From Candidatus Sumerlaeia bacterium (lineage in GTDB: Bacteria > Sumerlaeota > Sumerlaeia > SLMS01): a stretch of DNA of 43,194 nucleotides. This document shows, in pieces, positions 16,997-25,655 of the stretch. Every line of letters starts with the position of its first letter. Positions within the stretch are counted from its first letter, which is position 1. Location of the stretch: the NCBI GenBank assembly GCA_038208905.1, contig JBBQYG010000013.1, positions 1 to 43,194 on the forward strand, in the 5' to 3' direction. The notes below the pieces were generated by a model. That model did no database searches. It was not told the origin of the DNA and worked only from the letters and a program-made list of their open reading frames with translations. The position numbers were made by a program, and so were the translations under genes.

Positions 16997-18286
16997 ATGA
17001 GCGAGAACAGCGATCAGCGCGGGGCATCAGTGGATGGCCACATGCCGGGGACGGATTTCGACAAAGCCAAGGTCGAGATGTTCTATGGCAAGCACTCGCG
17101 GACGAAGTTCATCAGGAACTTTGTCCGGGGGAACCGGCGCACTCATTCGCAGAAATGGTTTCTGGTACGGGCCTTTCCACGCGGCGCGGGGCGCGTGCTG
17201 GTGGTGGGCTGTGCCTCGGGCGAGGTGTGTCGCTGGCTAGCCCGGACAGTTGCGCGCAAGGCTTCTATTCTGGGCGTGGATATCAGCGCGGATTATATCG
17301 AGATCGCCGGCAGACTCTTTCCCCACAAGCGCGTCACGTATGCCGTGGCCAATGTTCTGGAGTCGTTGCCCCCGGGGCCCTGGGACGTGGTGGTGTTTCC
17401 CGATGTCTATGAGCACCTTCCCGCTGGCTCGCGGGCAAAGTTATACGAGAACATCAAGGCCACCGCGGGGCCAAACGCTACCTTGCTGATCACGGCGCCA
17501 TCGCCCGCGCACCAACGGCTGCTGATCAAGCGTGGCTGGGGATTGCAGCCGGTGGACGAGTTGGTGGGGCTCGCTGACTATCGAGAATTGGCGGATGCGT
17601 TGGGGATGGAGGTAACTTGCTTCCTCTCCGCATCCGTGTTTCGGAGGCTGGACTACAACTATGTGGTGATCGAGCCGGTGGGCGAGGTATGTCCAGAGCT
17701 GGGCAGCGAAGACAAATTGCCGATCCGTTCATGGCCTCTCAACCCGAGAAGGGAAAAAGCCCTGCGAATTCTGGGCAGTATCGTTGCCCCGAAGAGCGCC
17801 CGGCTGGCGATCAGGGAGTGGAGGCTCGCCTCGCGCCTGAGTCCGGCTAGGCCCCTGCACTTGTCGTGGCGCGTCGCGGCGGCAGTTTTGTTGCTGATGG
17901 TGGTGGGCTTGGGCGGATTCAGCGCCATTCGCAACCAGCGGTCGACTGACCGGGCCGCGATCATCACGGCTTACAACGACAGCCGCGGCTCCGGGGATGC
18001 AACGCTTGTCCTGCTGGGGCGCCCATGGCTGTCAGCTGACCCGGGATTTGGCACCCTGACACTGGCCTTTGGCGATGTTGAGGACATCGTCGTCCACCTT
18101 CTCGACAAGAATGAGGACTACTATGTGATCGACGAAGAGGACGCTGCGCGCCTCAGTCGTATCGACAGCCGAAACCGATTGGAGCTGGTGGCGGGGTGTG
18201 GCGACTATCAGCTCTATCGAGAAATTGAGCCAACGGTCAGGACCCTCTCCGCAAAGACAAGACCTCCACTCGAGAAGTCCCTTTGA
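16997..18286 (+). CDS. Class I SAM-dependent methyltransferase fused to a TM helix and a C-terminal extracytoplasmic-type domain
   Basis: RVLVVGCASG (motif I), GVDIS, WDVVVFPDVYEHLP; TM VAAAVLLLMVVGLGGFSAI. Start uncertain: ATG 16997 chosen because the TTG at 16922 is part of a TTGACA -35-like hexamer. Confidence 0.75.
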   Translation: MSENSDQRGASVDGHMPGTDFDKAKVEMFYGKHSRTKFIRNFVRGNRRTHSQKWFLVRAFPRGAGRVLVVGCASGEVCRWLARTVARKASILGVDISADYIEIAGRLFPHKRVTYAVANVLESLPPGPWDVVVFPDVYEHLPAGSRAKLYENIKATAGPNATLLITAPSPAHQRLLIKRGWGLQPVDELVGLADYRELADALGMEVTCFLSASVFRRLDYNYVVIEPVGEVCPELGSEDKLPIRSWPLNPRREKALRILGSIVAPKSARLAIREWRLASRLSPARPLHLSWRVAAAVLLLMVVGLGGFSAIRNQRSTDRAAIITAYNDSRGSGDATLVLLGRPWLSADPGFGTLTLAFGDVEDIVVHLLDKNEDYYVIDEEDAARLSRIDSRNRLELVAGCGDYQLYREIEPTVRTLSAKTRPPLEKSL

Positions 18287-20127
18287 GAATCGCCATCGCA
18301 TCACTCATGATTGTCGCCGTGGCCAGCGTTGGCGTGGCGCAGACAGCCACGCAGTTCTCCGCGTGGAGTCTCTCCGAATCGGAGCACGCATTGATCAAGG
18401 ATGGAGTATTCATCCCGCGTAGCTTGATCGATTCGCTGGGTCTGGGGCGCGGCGGCGCAGTGGAGCTCAGGGCCGCCGGTGGCGACCCCGTAACGGCATT
18501 CGTTTGGCCCGGTGGCGATGACACCAAGGCGCTTCAGATTTCGCCCGACCTCCGCGACGCACTGGCGCTGACCGGTGAAAACGGAACCACGACCATCGGC
18601 TTGAGCAAGTGGACCGGCGAGGGGAAGCCACCGGAACCATCGCTTCCGCCAGTTTCAGTGGAAGTTCTGCCCGGCGATATCGTCCGCTGGAAGGGGTTGG
18701 TTGTTGGCGCGCCGCACGGCGACTACGACGCTCGCACGGGGGAGATCGTCGAGGAACTGAACAGGACCTACAAAGTGCCTGCGATCGTTGCATGGGGGGC
18801 GCGTCTCCCATCAATGGGGCGCTGGGTGGACGCCAATCGCCCCACGCAACGGCTTGCGGGAGAAGGCAGCACGCTACGCGAGGATCGGGAATGGACCGCG
18901 GCGGCGGACGACGTCTATACGCGATACCGCGAGGCCCTTCTGTTGGCAACGAAGACCAGCGATCGTATCGGCGAGGTTCCCATCGACCTGTACGTGGATT
19001 TCCACGGCCACGCCCTTACGGTTCGATCCGCCGACGGAAAGACAATTCGGCGCAATGTGTTCGAGTGTGTTGCGCGCGGCTTCACGCGCGATGAAGTGCG
19101 CCTTTTGAAGGCGGCGCTGGACGAGGCACTTGCCGCGGAGCTGGGCGACAAGGCGATGCCGACGAAGTGGGACAATCTACCGGAGGAAACTGTCTATACA
19201 GTCGAGGGCATCTCGACGCCGCTCACTTTCAACGCCCTCGGCAGCCGGGTGAACGGGACACTTTCCAGCGACGTCTCGCTTCGGGCAATTCACATCGAGA
19301 CACCGAACGCGCTCAGGACCAACGCTGCGACGCGAAAGAAGCTCCCCGCGGTGCTTGCCCGATTTCTGACGAAGCTTCACTCCGAGATCGGCCCCGCATC
19401 GCTGTCTCGCAACAGGAAGCCCGCTCCAACCTTCCCCGCATCCGAACCTCAGGCTGGCAGATTTGCCAGGCTGCCGAGCGGAGTGGAAATAGGCATCACC
19501 GAAGTAACCAACCAAGAGTATGCCGCCTTTGCAAGAAAAGCCATCGCCGCTGGCGCGGCCAAGTTGACGGGTGGCGCGGTTGTCGGGAAGAATGGGACCA
19601 CGTGGCTGGAGATCTATCCCGCCGCTCCGCTCTCGCTGATTGCCGCCGAGGATTCGGGTGCCTTGGCCCCGCGGGCTGGCCGCTCCGATCATCCTGTTCT
19701 CAATGTGACATGGCATGGCGCCGATGCCTATGCGCAGGACCTGGGCGGAAGGCTGCCGACCTCCACCGAATGGCGCGCGGCGGCGCAGGGAATCAAGGAG
19801 GGATCGAGCGCGAACTATATGCACGGCCCGGGCGCGGTGGAATCCGGGCCGTTTCCGTGGACGGCCCCCGTGGGCTGCTACCCCGCATCGGCGTCCGCGA
19901 TTGGATGCCTGGACATGGCGGGGAATGCCTACGAGTGGACGGCGGACTGGTTTGAAAGCTCCGACGGGTTGCTGTTCGACACGGAGTACAAACCGACCAT
20001 GAAGTACCTGCGCGGCGGCGCGTGGGATACCGAGGGCCGGTCGATTGCGCCTGGCTTTTCGCTTCAGGCGGCGCCCCACGCCGCGATGCCCAACGTGGGA
20101 TTCCGGATCGCGCGCGATCCCAAGTGA
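18283..20127 (+). CDS. Secreted protein: Zn-dependent amidohydrolase-like domain plus C-terminal FGE/SUMF1-like domain
   Basis: Signal peptide; middle region with GAPHGDYD, DANRP, DFHGH, HIETP; C-terminal TEVTNQEY, HPVLNVTWHGADAYA, GRLPTSTEW, DMAGNAYEW, RGGAW, GFRIAR. Confidence 0.8.
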   Translation: MRIAIASLMIVAVASVGVAQTATQFSAWSLSESEHALIKDGVFIPRSLIDSLGLGRGGAVELRAAGGDPVTAFVWPGGDDTKALQISPDLRDALALTGENGTTTIGLSKWTGEGKPPEPSLPPVSVEVLPGDIVRWKGLVVGAPHGDYDARTGEIVEELNRTYKVPAIVAWGARLPSMGRWVDANRPTQRLAGEGSTLREDREWTAAADDVYTRYREALLLATKTSDRIGEVPIDLYVDFHGHALTVRSADGKTIRRNVFECVARGFTRDEVRLLKAALDEALAAELGDKAMPTKWDNLPEETVYTVEGISTPLTFNALGSRVNGTLSSDVSLRAIHIETPNALRTNAATRKKLPAVLARFLTKLHSEIGPASLSRNRKPAPTFPASEPQAGRFARLPSGVEIGITEVTNQEYAAFARKAIAAGAAKLTGGAVVGKNGTTWLEIYPAAPLSLIAAEDSGALAPRAGRSDHPVLNVTWHGADAYAQDLGGRLPTSTEWRAAAQGIKEGSSANYMHGPGAVESGPFPWTAPVGCYPASASAIGCLDMAGNAYEWTADWFESSDGLLFDTEYKPTMKYLRGGAWDTEGRSIAPGFSLQAAPHAAMPNVGFRIARDPK

Positions 20128-20205
20128 CCGAAAAAGCCATTGATCGTCCCGGGAGACCGGGCTGAAACTGTCGCAGATTCAGCCAGAAACCCGGGTAAGC
20201 CACCG

Positions 20206-21792
20206 ATGAGCAACAAGCCGCGCCGCATCTGCCTGATGGACACCACACTTCGCGATGGGGAGCAGACCCACGGCGTGTCGATTCCCGGGCACGAGAAGCT
20301 GATGGTCGCGCAGCGGCTGCTTTTCGAAGTCGGCGTGGATCGCATCGAGGTCGCGAGTTGCCGCGTGAGCGAGGGCGAGGCCAAGTCACTCTCGCGCATC
20401 ATGGAGTGGGCGGCCAAGAACAACTTCGTGGACCGCGTGGAGGTGCTCTCCTTCGTGGATCGCGAGGTATCCGTCGATTGGCTGACGACGGCGGGCTGCC
20501 GCCGGATGAACCTGCTGACCAAGGGCTCGCGCCATCACTGCGAAAAGCAGCTCCGCAAGACGCTGGCCCAACACCTCGTGGACATTCAGGTGACGCTCGA
20601 CTATGCCCACGCAAAGGGCGTCGCATCGTGTATATACCTCGAGGACTGGTCCAACGGGATGCTGAATTCTTCCGACTATGTTTTCGAGATGATCGGGGCG
20701 CTGATCAATATGCCGGTGGAGCGCATCCACCTTTGCGATACGCTCGGGATTCTGAATCCCTCCCAGGTCGGCAGGTTCGTGGCGGAGACGACGCAGCTGT
20801 TCCCGGACTTTCCCTTCGAGTTTCACGGCCACAATGATTACGGGATGGCCACAGCCAACTGCTTCGAGGCGGTGAAGGCCGGCGCGGTGGGGCTCCATGT
20901 GACGGTGAATGGCCTGGGCGAGCGCGCGGGCAATTCCTCGCTTGCCGAAGTGACGGCGATGCTGCGCGACCACGCGGGAGCCGAGGTTGGCGTGGACGAG
21001 TTGAAGCTGAAGGATATCAGCCGCCTCGTGGAGGCCTTCAGCGGGAAGCGCATCGCCGCCAACACGCCGATCACGGGGAACGATGTCTATACACAGACGG
21101 CGGGAATCCACGCCGACGGCGACAAGAAGGGGAACCTCTACGAGAGCACGCTGACCCCCGCGCGCTTTGGCCGCGATCGCGTCTATGCGCTGGGCAAGCT
21201 TTCCGGCAAGAGCAACCTCGACTTCAACCTCGACAAGCTCAACCTCGAGCTCTCCCCCGAGGAGCGCAAGGCGGTGCTCCAGCGCATCATCGAGCTGGGC
21301 GACAGCAAGAAGACTGTGACCACGGAGGACCTGCCGTTCCTGATCGCGGACCTTTTCTCGACGCCGGAGGCACTGGATTTCCAGGTCGCAGAATGCGTCA
21401 TCACGACGACGCTGGGCATGAAGCCCGCCGCCAACATCCGCGTCCGCCACAAGGGGAGCGAGTACGAGGCAATCGCCCACGGCAACGGCGGGTATGACGC
21501 CTTCATGAACGCGCTCCGCGAGGTGACGCCGCGGATGGGGCTGCACCTGCCGCGACTGTTGGACTTCGAGATTCACATCCCCCCCGGCGGGCGCACCAAC
21601 GCGCTGGTCGAGGCGACGATCACCTGGGAGGGCGGCCTGAAGACGCGCGCCGTCTCCAGCGATCAGGTACTTGCCTCGGTCAAGGCCACCGAGCGCATGA
21701 TCAACCTGATGATCAAGCAGCGACTGACCTTCGCAGACAACGGCGCATCGTCAGAAGCGGTGGAGATCGCCGCGTCGGAAGCCGCCACTTGA
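20206..21792 (+). CDS. cimA: (R)-citramalate synthase, Leptospira/Bacteroidetes-like type (DRE-TIM family)
   Basis: MDTTLRDGEQ, VDRIEVASCRVSEGE, NLLTKGS, YLEDWSNGM, HGHNDYG, TQTAGIHADGDKK, YALGK, and a C-terminal regulatory domain (GNGGYDAFMNAL, IPPGGRTNALV). A LeuA-type specificity cannot be fully excluded by eye. Confidence 0.85.
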   Translation: MSNKPRRICLMDTTLRDGEQTHGVSIPGHEKLMVAQRLLFEVGVDRIEVASCRVSEGEAKSLSRIMEWAAKNNFVDRVEVLSFVDREVSVDWLTTAGCRRMNLLTKGSRHHCEKQLRKTLAQHLVDIQVTLDYAHAKGVASCIYLEDWSNGMLNSSDYVFEMIGALINMPVERIHLCDTLGILNPSQVGRFVAETTQLFPDFPFEFHGHNDYGMATANCFEAVKAGAVGLHVTVNGLGERAGNSSLAEVTAMLRDHAGAEVGVDELKLKDISRLVEAFSGKRIAANTPITGNDVYTQTAGIHADGDKKGNLYESTLTPARFGRDRVYALGKLSGKSNLDFNLDKLNLELSPEERKAVLQRIIELGDSKKTVTTEDLPFLIADLFSTPEALDFQVAECVITTTLGMKPAANIRVRHKGSEYEAIAHGNGGYDAFMNALREVTPRMGLHLPRLLDFEIHIPPGGRTNALVEATITWEGGLKTRAVSSDQVLASVKATERMINLMIKQRLTFADNGASSEAVEIAASEAAT

Positions 21793-22079
21793 CGGCATTG
21801 CCCACCAACGACGCACCGAGGGAACTGGAGTGGCAGACCTGCCGCCTACTGGTACCGCTCGATCAAATCGCCTATGTGGTGGCGATTCTGGAAGGCTACG
21901 ACAACGACTTTCTTGTCAGGACGGAAACGCGCGGCCTTGGCTTCCTGCGTATCTGGTATCCGGTGGACAGGCGGCCTCTCTTTGACGAAATCCTGATCGA
22001 ATTCGCGGCGGAGTTCGACGCGCGGGCGCTGGAGTACCTTCCGGGGATGGATGGCCTCGAGGAGATCTACCCGGAATGA
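21789..22079 (+). CDS. Small DUF4911-like protein
   Basis: IAYVVAILEGYDN...VRT pattern, 96 aa, 4-nt overlaps with both neighbours. Confidence 0.7.
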   Translation: MTALPTNDAPRELEWQTCRLLVPLDQIAYVVAILEGYDNDFLVRTETRGLGFLRIWYPVDRRPLFDEILIEFAAEFDARALEYLPGMDGLEEIYPE

Positions 22080-24619
22080 GCGGCGTGGCGGCCTATGATC
22101 CCGAAGTCCTGCCGCCATGGCCCGTGAGGGCGGGGTTCCTGCTCTATTGCGCGTGCACCGCGCTGGTGATCCTGGGACTGACGGCGTATACCCACCAGCT
22201 CGACGACATCAAGATACCGTTCCTATTGATCGGCGGCGCCGCAATGTTTGTGGCGTGGGCCGGATTGCTTCTGGCGGGGCTGGTGGAGCTTCCGCCGCGC
22301 ATCGTCTGGATCGCCTATGGCGTGTACATCGCCGTGTGTGTGGCTTCCACGATTACGGCTCGTGATTTCGCCCACTGGATCGGGTGGCAGTCAACGGCGA
22401 TGTATGTATCGGCGCTCGGCTTCGTCCTGCTCGGCTCCGCCGTGATTCAGACGAAGAAGATGGCCGAGCGCGCGCTCAAGTTCTGGGTGGTGATCACACT
22501 CGTCACCACGGGCTTCGGGCTGCTGCACTACGCCGGCTTCATGGAGCCATTCTACAAGTTCCTTTATCCCCGCGGCGCTCCTCTGGATGAGGACCGACTG
22601 CACGATCTGGTAAAGACCTTCCGCGACAACCGCAGCATGTTGTCCACGATCCTGAACGTGCAGTTCTTCGGGAATTTCCTGACGATGACGCTGCCGGTCA
22701 CTGCCGCGTGTACGATGTTCGTGTTCCATAACCTGAGGAGGCGCATCGCGGAGAACGAGCCTGGCTATCTGGTGGGCATCTCTGTCGCGTGGATGGTGGC
22801 GTCGGGGCTGGCGCTGGTGTTCGCGCTGACGTGCGTCTTCACGACATTCGCGAAGTCGGCGATCCTGATTCTGCCGGTGCTGCTGGTACTGTTCTTCGGC
22901 GCGGCGTTCTGGTTTGCGGGGCTGCGGCGCATACCCCACCTGTGGCTGATGGTGGCTTGCGGAGCGATCATGACGGCAACGGTGCTCTTCTTCACGTGGG
23001 GCGACCTGAGGGCGCAGATCAAAGACCTGGACGAGAGTCTGGGCCCGCGCAAGGCGATCTGGAGCGGCGCCCTCGCGATCTTTCGCGACAATCCAGTGCT
23101 GGGCGGCGGGCCGGGAAGCTTCCGTATCCTCTTTCCCGAGTACCGCAATCCCGAATACCATCTGATGCGCATCAGCAACCTCACCATCTATGCCCACAAC
23201 TGGGTGCTGGATCTGCTTTCTGATACCGGCGTGCTCGGCGCCGCCGCGTATCTGACATTCCTTGGGTCCATCTTTGGCCTGGGCTATCTCGCGCTGCGCC
23301 GCTGCCCCGACATGACGATCCGCGTGGCTGTGATCGGTTGCCTTGTTGGAGTGGTCAGCATTCTAGCCGGATCGATGACAACGCCGATGACGCGTTGGCC
23401 GGTGGGGGTGGGATCGCTTCACGCGATGCTGGGCACAGCACTGGGCGTTGCACTGCTGGGACTGCGCGCGCCGGGCGGGGGCGAGCCATCGCGCCGCGCA
23501 CGCGGCAACGGGGCGGCGGGAATCGCTTCCGTTCGTACGTATCCAATGATCGCCAAGGGCCTGCTTGCCGCCTCCGCGATTTTCCTCCTATGGATCACCC
23601 CAACGAGCATTCGCGCCTTTCGCGCCGCCTACTACCATAACGAGGGGCTCAAGCTCTCCGAGTTTCCCGACAGCTTTTTCGGCGCCTCGGGTCAGGCCGA
23701 GGACCCGATGGTGATCGACTATCTGCAGAAGGCCGTGGCCCACCTTCGCCAATCAATCGCGCTCGATCCCACGCGCATGACGACCTACTACAAGCTGGCG
23801 AATGTGGAGAACCGCCTGGGGCGAATCGACACGGCGCTCGCCACCTACAAGGCTTTGCAGAAGTACGGGCCCGACTATTCGGAGGTACACTACAACCTCG
23901 CGATTCTCTACTACAACAGCGCGCGCGTCGCACAAGCCTCCTCAAAGGGCGGCGAGAAGGGCGATGCCATCCTGACGCTGATGCGCAGGGCCGTGGAAGA
24001 GGGCGACCACTCTGCCCGACTGAGTCGGAAGATTTCCGTCGTGTACTTCCAAGGTAGCCTCCACTCGATGCTGGCCCAGCAGCTTGCGCAAGGCACCGGG
24101 GAATCGCGCGCGGCCTATCTGCGCGCGGGAGAGATTTTCCAGTCCGTCGCCGACCTGCGTGTGGCGACGGTGATCCAAGAGCCCGGCCAGAAGGAGCGCG
24201 AGGAGATCGAGCGGCTCGCGTCCCTCAAGTCTGCGATCGAAATGTTCGAACTCGCAGGCGACTACGCCAAGGCGGCTCGCGCGGCCGAGCGTCACTTGGC
24301 GCTGTCCCCCGGCGGTGCTGCTCCGATACAGAACGCCGTGCGCCTCTACCTGCTCGCGAAAGAAGAGACCGAAGCGATGCGGGTGATCGATGCGAGCCTG
24401 GCGGAGAACCCGCTGGGCGCGGACATGATCCTCCTGAAGATGCGCGTCTACCGCGAGACGGGAAAGGCGCGAGAGGCATTCGAGGAGGGCCACTATCTGC
24501 TGGCCCTCGACGCGGGCTTGCGGCAAAAGGGGGTCTCTCTTCTTCCGGCTGAGCGCGAGGGCGCCCTGCGCGCGGAACTCGCTTCGCTCAAGGAAGCACT
24601 GCAAAAGGAAACACCATGA
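22076..24619 (+). CDS. O-antigen ligase/Wzy_C-family polytopic membrane protein with C-terminal TPR repeats
   Basis: About 12 hydrophobic segments; STILNVQFFG, RKAIWSGALAIFRDNPVLGGGPGSF, AHNWVLDLLSDTGVLG; TPR-like helices (IALDPTRMTTYYKLA, YSEVHYNLA). Confidence 0.88.
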   Translation: MSGVAAYDPEVLPPWPVRAGFLLYCACTALVILGLTAYTHQLDDIKIPFLLIGGAAMFVAWAGLLLAGLVELPPRIVWIAYGVYIAVCVASTITARDFAHWIGWQSTAMYVSALGFVLLGSAVIQTKKMAERALKFWVVITLVTTGFGLLHYAGFMEPFYKFLYPRGAPLDEDRLHDLVKTFRDNRSMLSTILNVQFFGNFLTMTLPVTAACTMFVFHNLRRRIAENEPGYLVGISVAWMVASGLALVFALTCVFTTFAKSAILILPVLLVLFFGAAFWFAGLRRIPHLWLMVACGAIMTATVLFFTWGDLRAQIKDLDESLGPRKAIWSGALAIFRDNPVLGGGPGSFRILFPEYRNPEYHLMRISNLTIYAHNWVLDLLSDTGVLGAAAYLTFLGSIFGLGYLALRRCPDMTIRVAVIGCLVGVVSILAGSMTTPMTRWPVGVGSLHAMLGTALGVALLGLRAPGGGEPSRRARGNGAAGIASVRTYPMIAKGLLAASAIFLLWITPTSIRAFRAAYYHNEGLKLSEFPDSFFGASGQAEDPMVIDYLQKAVAHLRQSIALDPTRMTTYYKLANVENRLGRIDTALATYKALQKYGPDYSEVHYNLAILYYNSARVAQASSKGGEKGDAILTLMRRAVEEGDHSARLSRKISVVYFQGSLHSMLAQQLAQGTGESRAAYLRAGEIFQSVADLRVATVIQEPGQKEREEIERLASLKSAIEMFELAGDYAKAARAAERHLALSPGGAAPIQNAVRLYLLAKEETEAMRVIDASLAENPLGADMILLKMRVYRETGKAREAFEEGHYLLALDAGLRQKGVSLLPAEREGALRAELASLKEALQKETP

Positions 24620-25572
24620 CGCCGGAGAGCGCCGCGATGCAGCCGGGCACGAAATGCCAAGTGATTGTTCCCGGGTCCACAGCCAATATTGGCCCGGGAT
24701 TCGACAGCCTTGGCTGCGCGATCTCGATCCACAACGAGTTCGAGTTCGAGGTACTCGCGCCCGGCGCTTCCGACGAAGTGGTTCTGGAGGGAAGCTGCCA
24801 AGCGGGAATTCCCGCCACGGCGGACAACTTGGCGCTGACCACGGCGAAGAACTTCATCCGCGCCCAGGGGATCGAGCCTCCGCCGCTGCGCCTGCGCGCA
24901 CGCATCGAGGTGCCGAATGCGCGGGGGCTCGGCAGTAGCAGCACGGCCATTGTTGCCGGACTCGTGGGCGCCAACTCTCTCCTGGGCAACCCGCTCGACG
25001 AGGGCGCGATCCTCGACTTGGCAGTCAGCATCGAGGGACATCCGGACAACGTGGCACCGACGCTCCTCGGCGGGCTCGTGGTCAGCGCAGCATTCTCGGT
25101 CCCGCTGGCATGGACACGCGTTCCCGTTCACCCCGATCTGCGATTCGTTTTCGTGATTCCCGACTACGAAGTCCGCACGGCGCAGGCGCGCTCCGTCCTG
25201 CCCGCGACGATACCCCGCGAGGACGCCATCTTCAACCTCTCGCGGACGCCGCTGGTGGTGCTCGCCTTGCAGTCCGGCGATGCCGACTTGCTGGCGGCTG
25301 TGCTCGACGACCGGCTCCACCAACCCCAGCGCAAGCCGCTCTTCCGGCGTTATGACGATTTTGCGGCAGCCGCAAAGGCTGCGGGTGCGGCTGGCTTCTG
25401 CGTCAGCGGCGCGGGACCCACGATGCTCGCGATCTGCGAATCGAGTAAAGTAGATACCGTCCGCGAATCGCTGGAGGAATTTCTGACATCGTGCGACTTC
25501 GGCGGGCGCATCGCTGAACTCGCCCCCGACAATGAGGGGACAGTGGTTCACGGGACAGTTCCCGCGCGCTGA
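24616..25572 (+). CDS. thrB: Homoserine kinase
   Basis: VPGSTANIGPGFDSLG, PNARGLGSSS, EGHPDNVAP, DRLHQPQR, SGAGPT. Confidence 0.97.
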   Translation: MTPESAAMQPGTKCQVIVPGSTANIGPGFDSLGCAISIHNEFEFEVLAPGASDEVVLEGSCQAGIPATADNLALTTAKNFIRAQGIEPPPLRLRARIEVPNARGLGSSSTAIVAGLVGANSLLGNPLDEGAILDLAVSIEGHPDNVAPTLLGGLVVSAAFSVPLAWTRVPVHPDLRFVFVIPDYEVRTAQARSVLPATIPREDAIFNLSRTPLVVLALQSGDADLLAAVLDDRLHQPQRKPLFRRYDDFAAAAKAAGAAGFCVSGAGPTMLAICESSKVDTVRESLEEFLTSCDFGGRIAELAPDNEGTVVHGTVPAR

Positions 25573-25655
25573 GTCTCCGCTACTCCACCAACCTAACCGC
25601 AGCGATCGGGGGCAGTTCCGCGAGTTCATTCGCGAACGCCGACGCGCGCCCGTGG

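Noticed and set aside
19480-20127. FGE domain as an active formylglycine-generating enzyme or as a diversity-generating retroelement target
   Set aside because: The catalytic Cys pair is absent, and no reverse transcriptase or template repeat of the 3' region was seen in the window.
25606-25638. Imperfect hairpin between convergent thrB and acnA
   Set aside because: Short bulged stem without a U-tract; a terminator is possible but too weakly supported to list.
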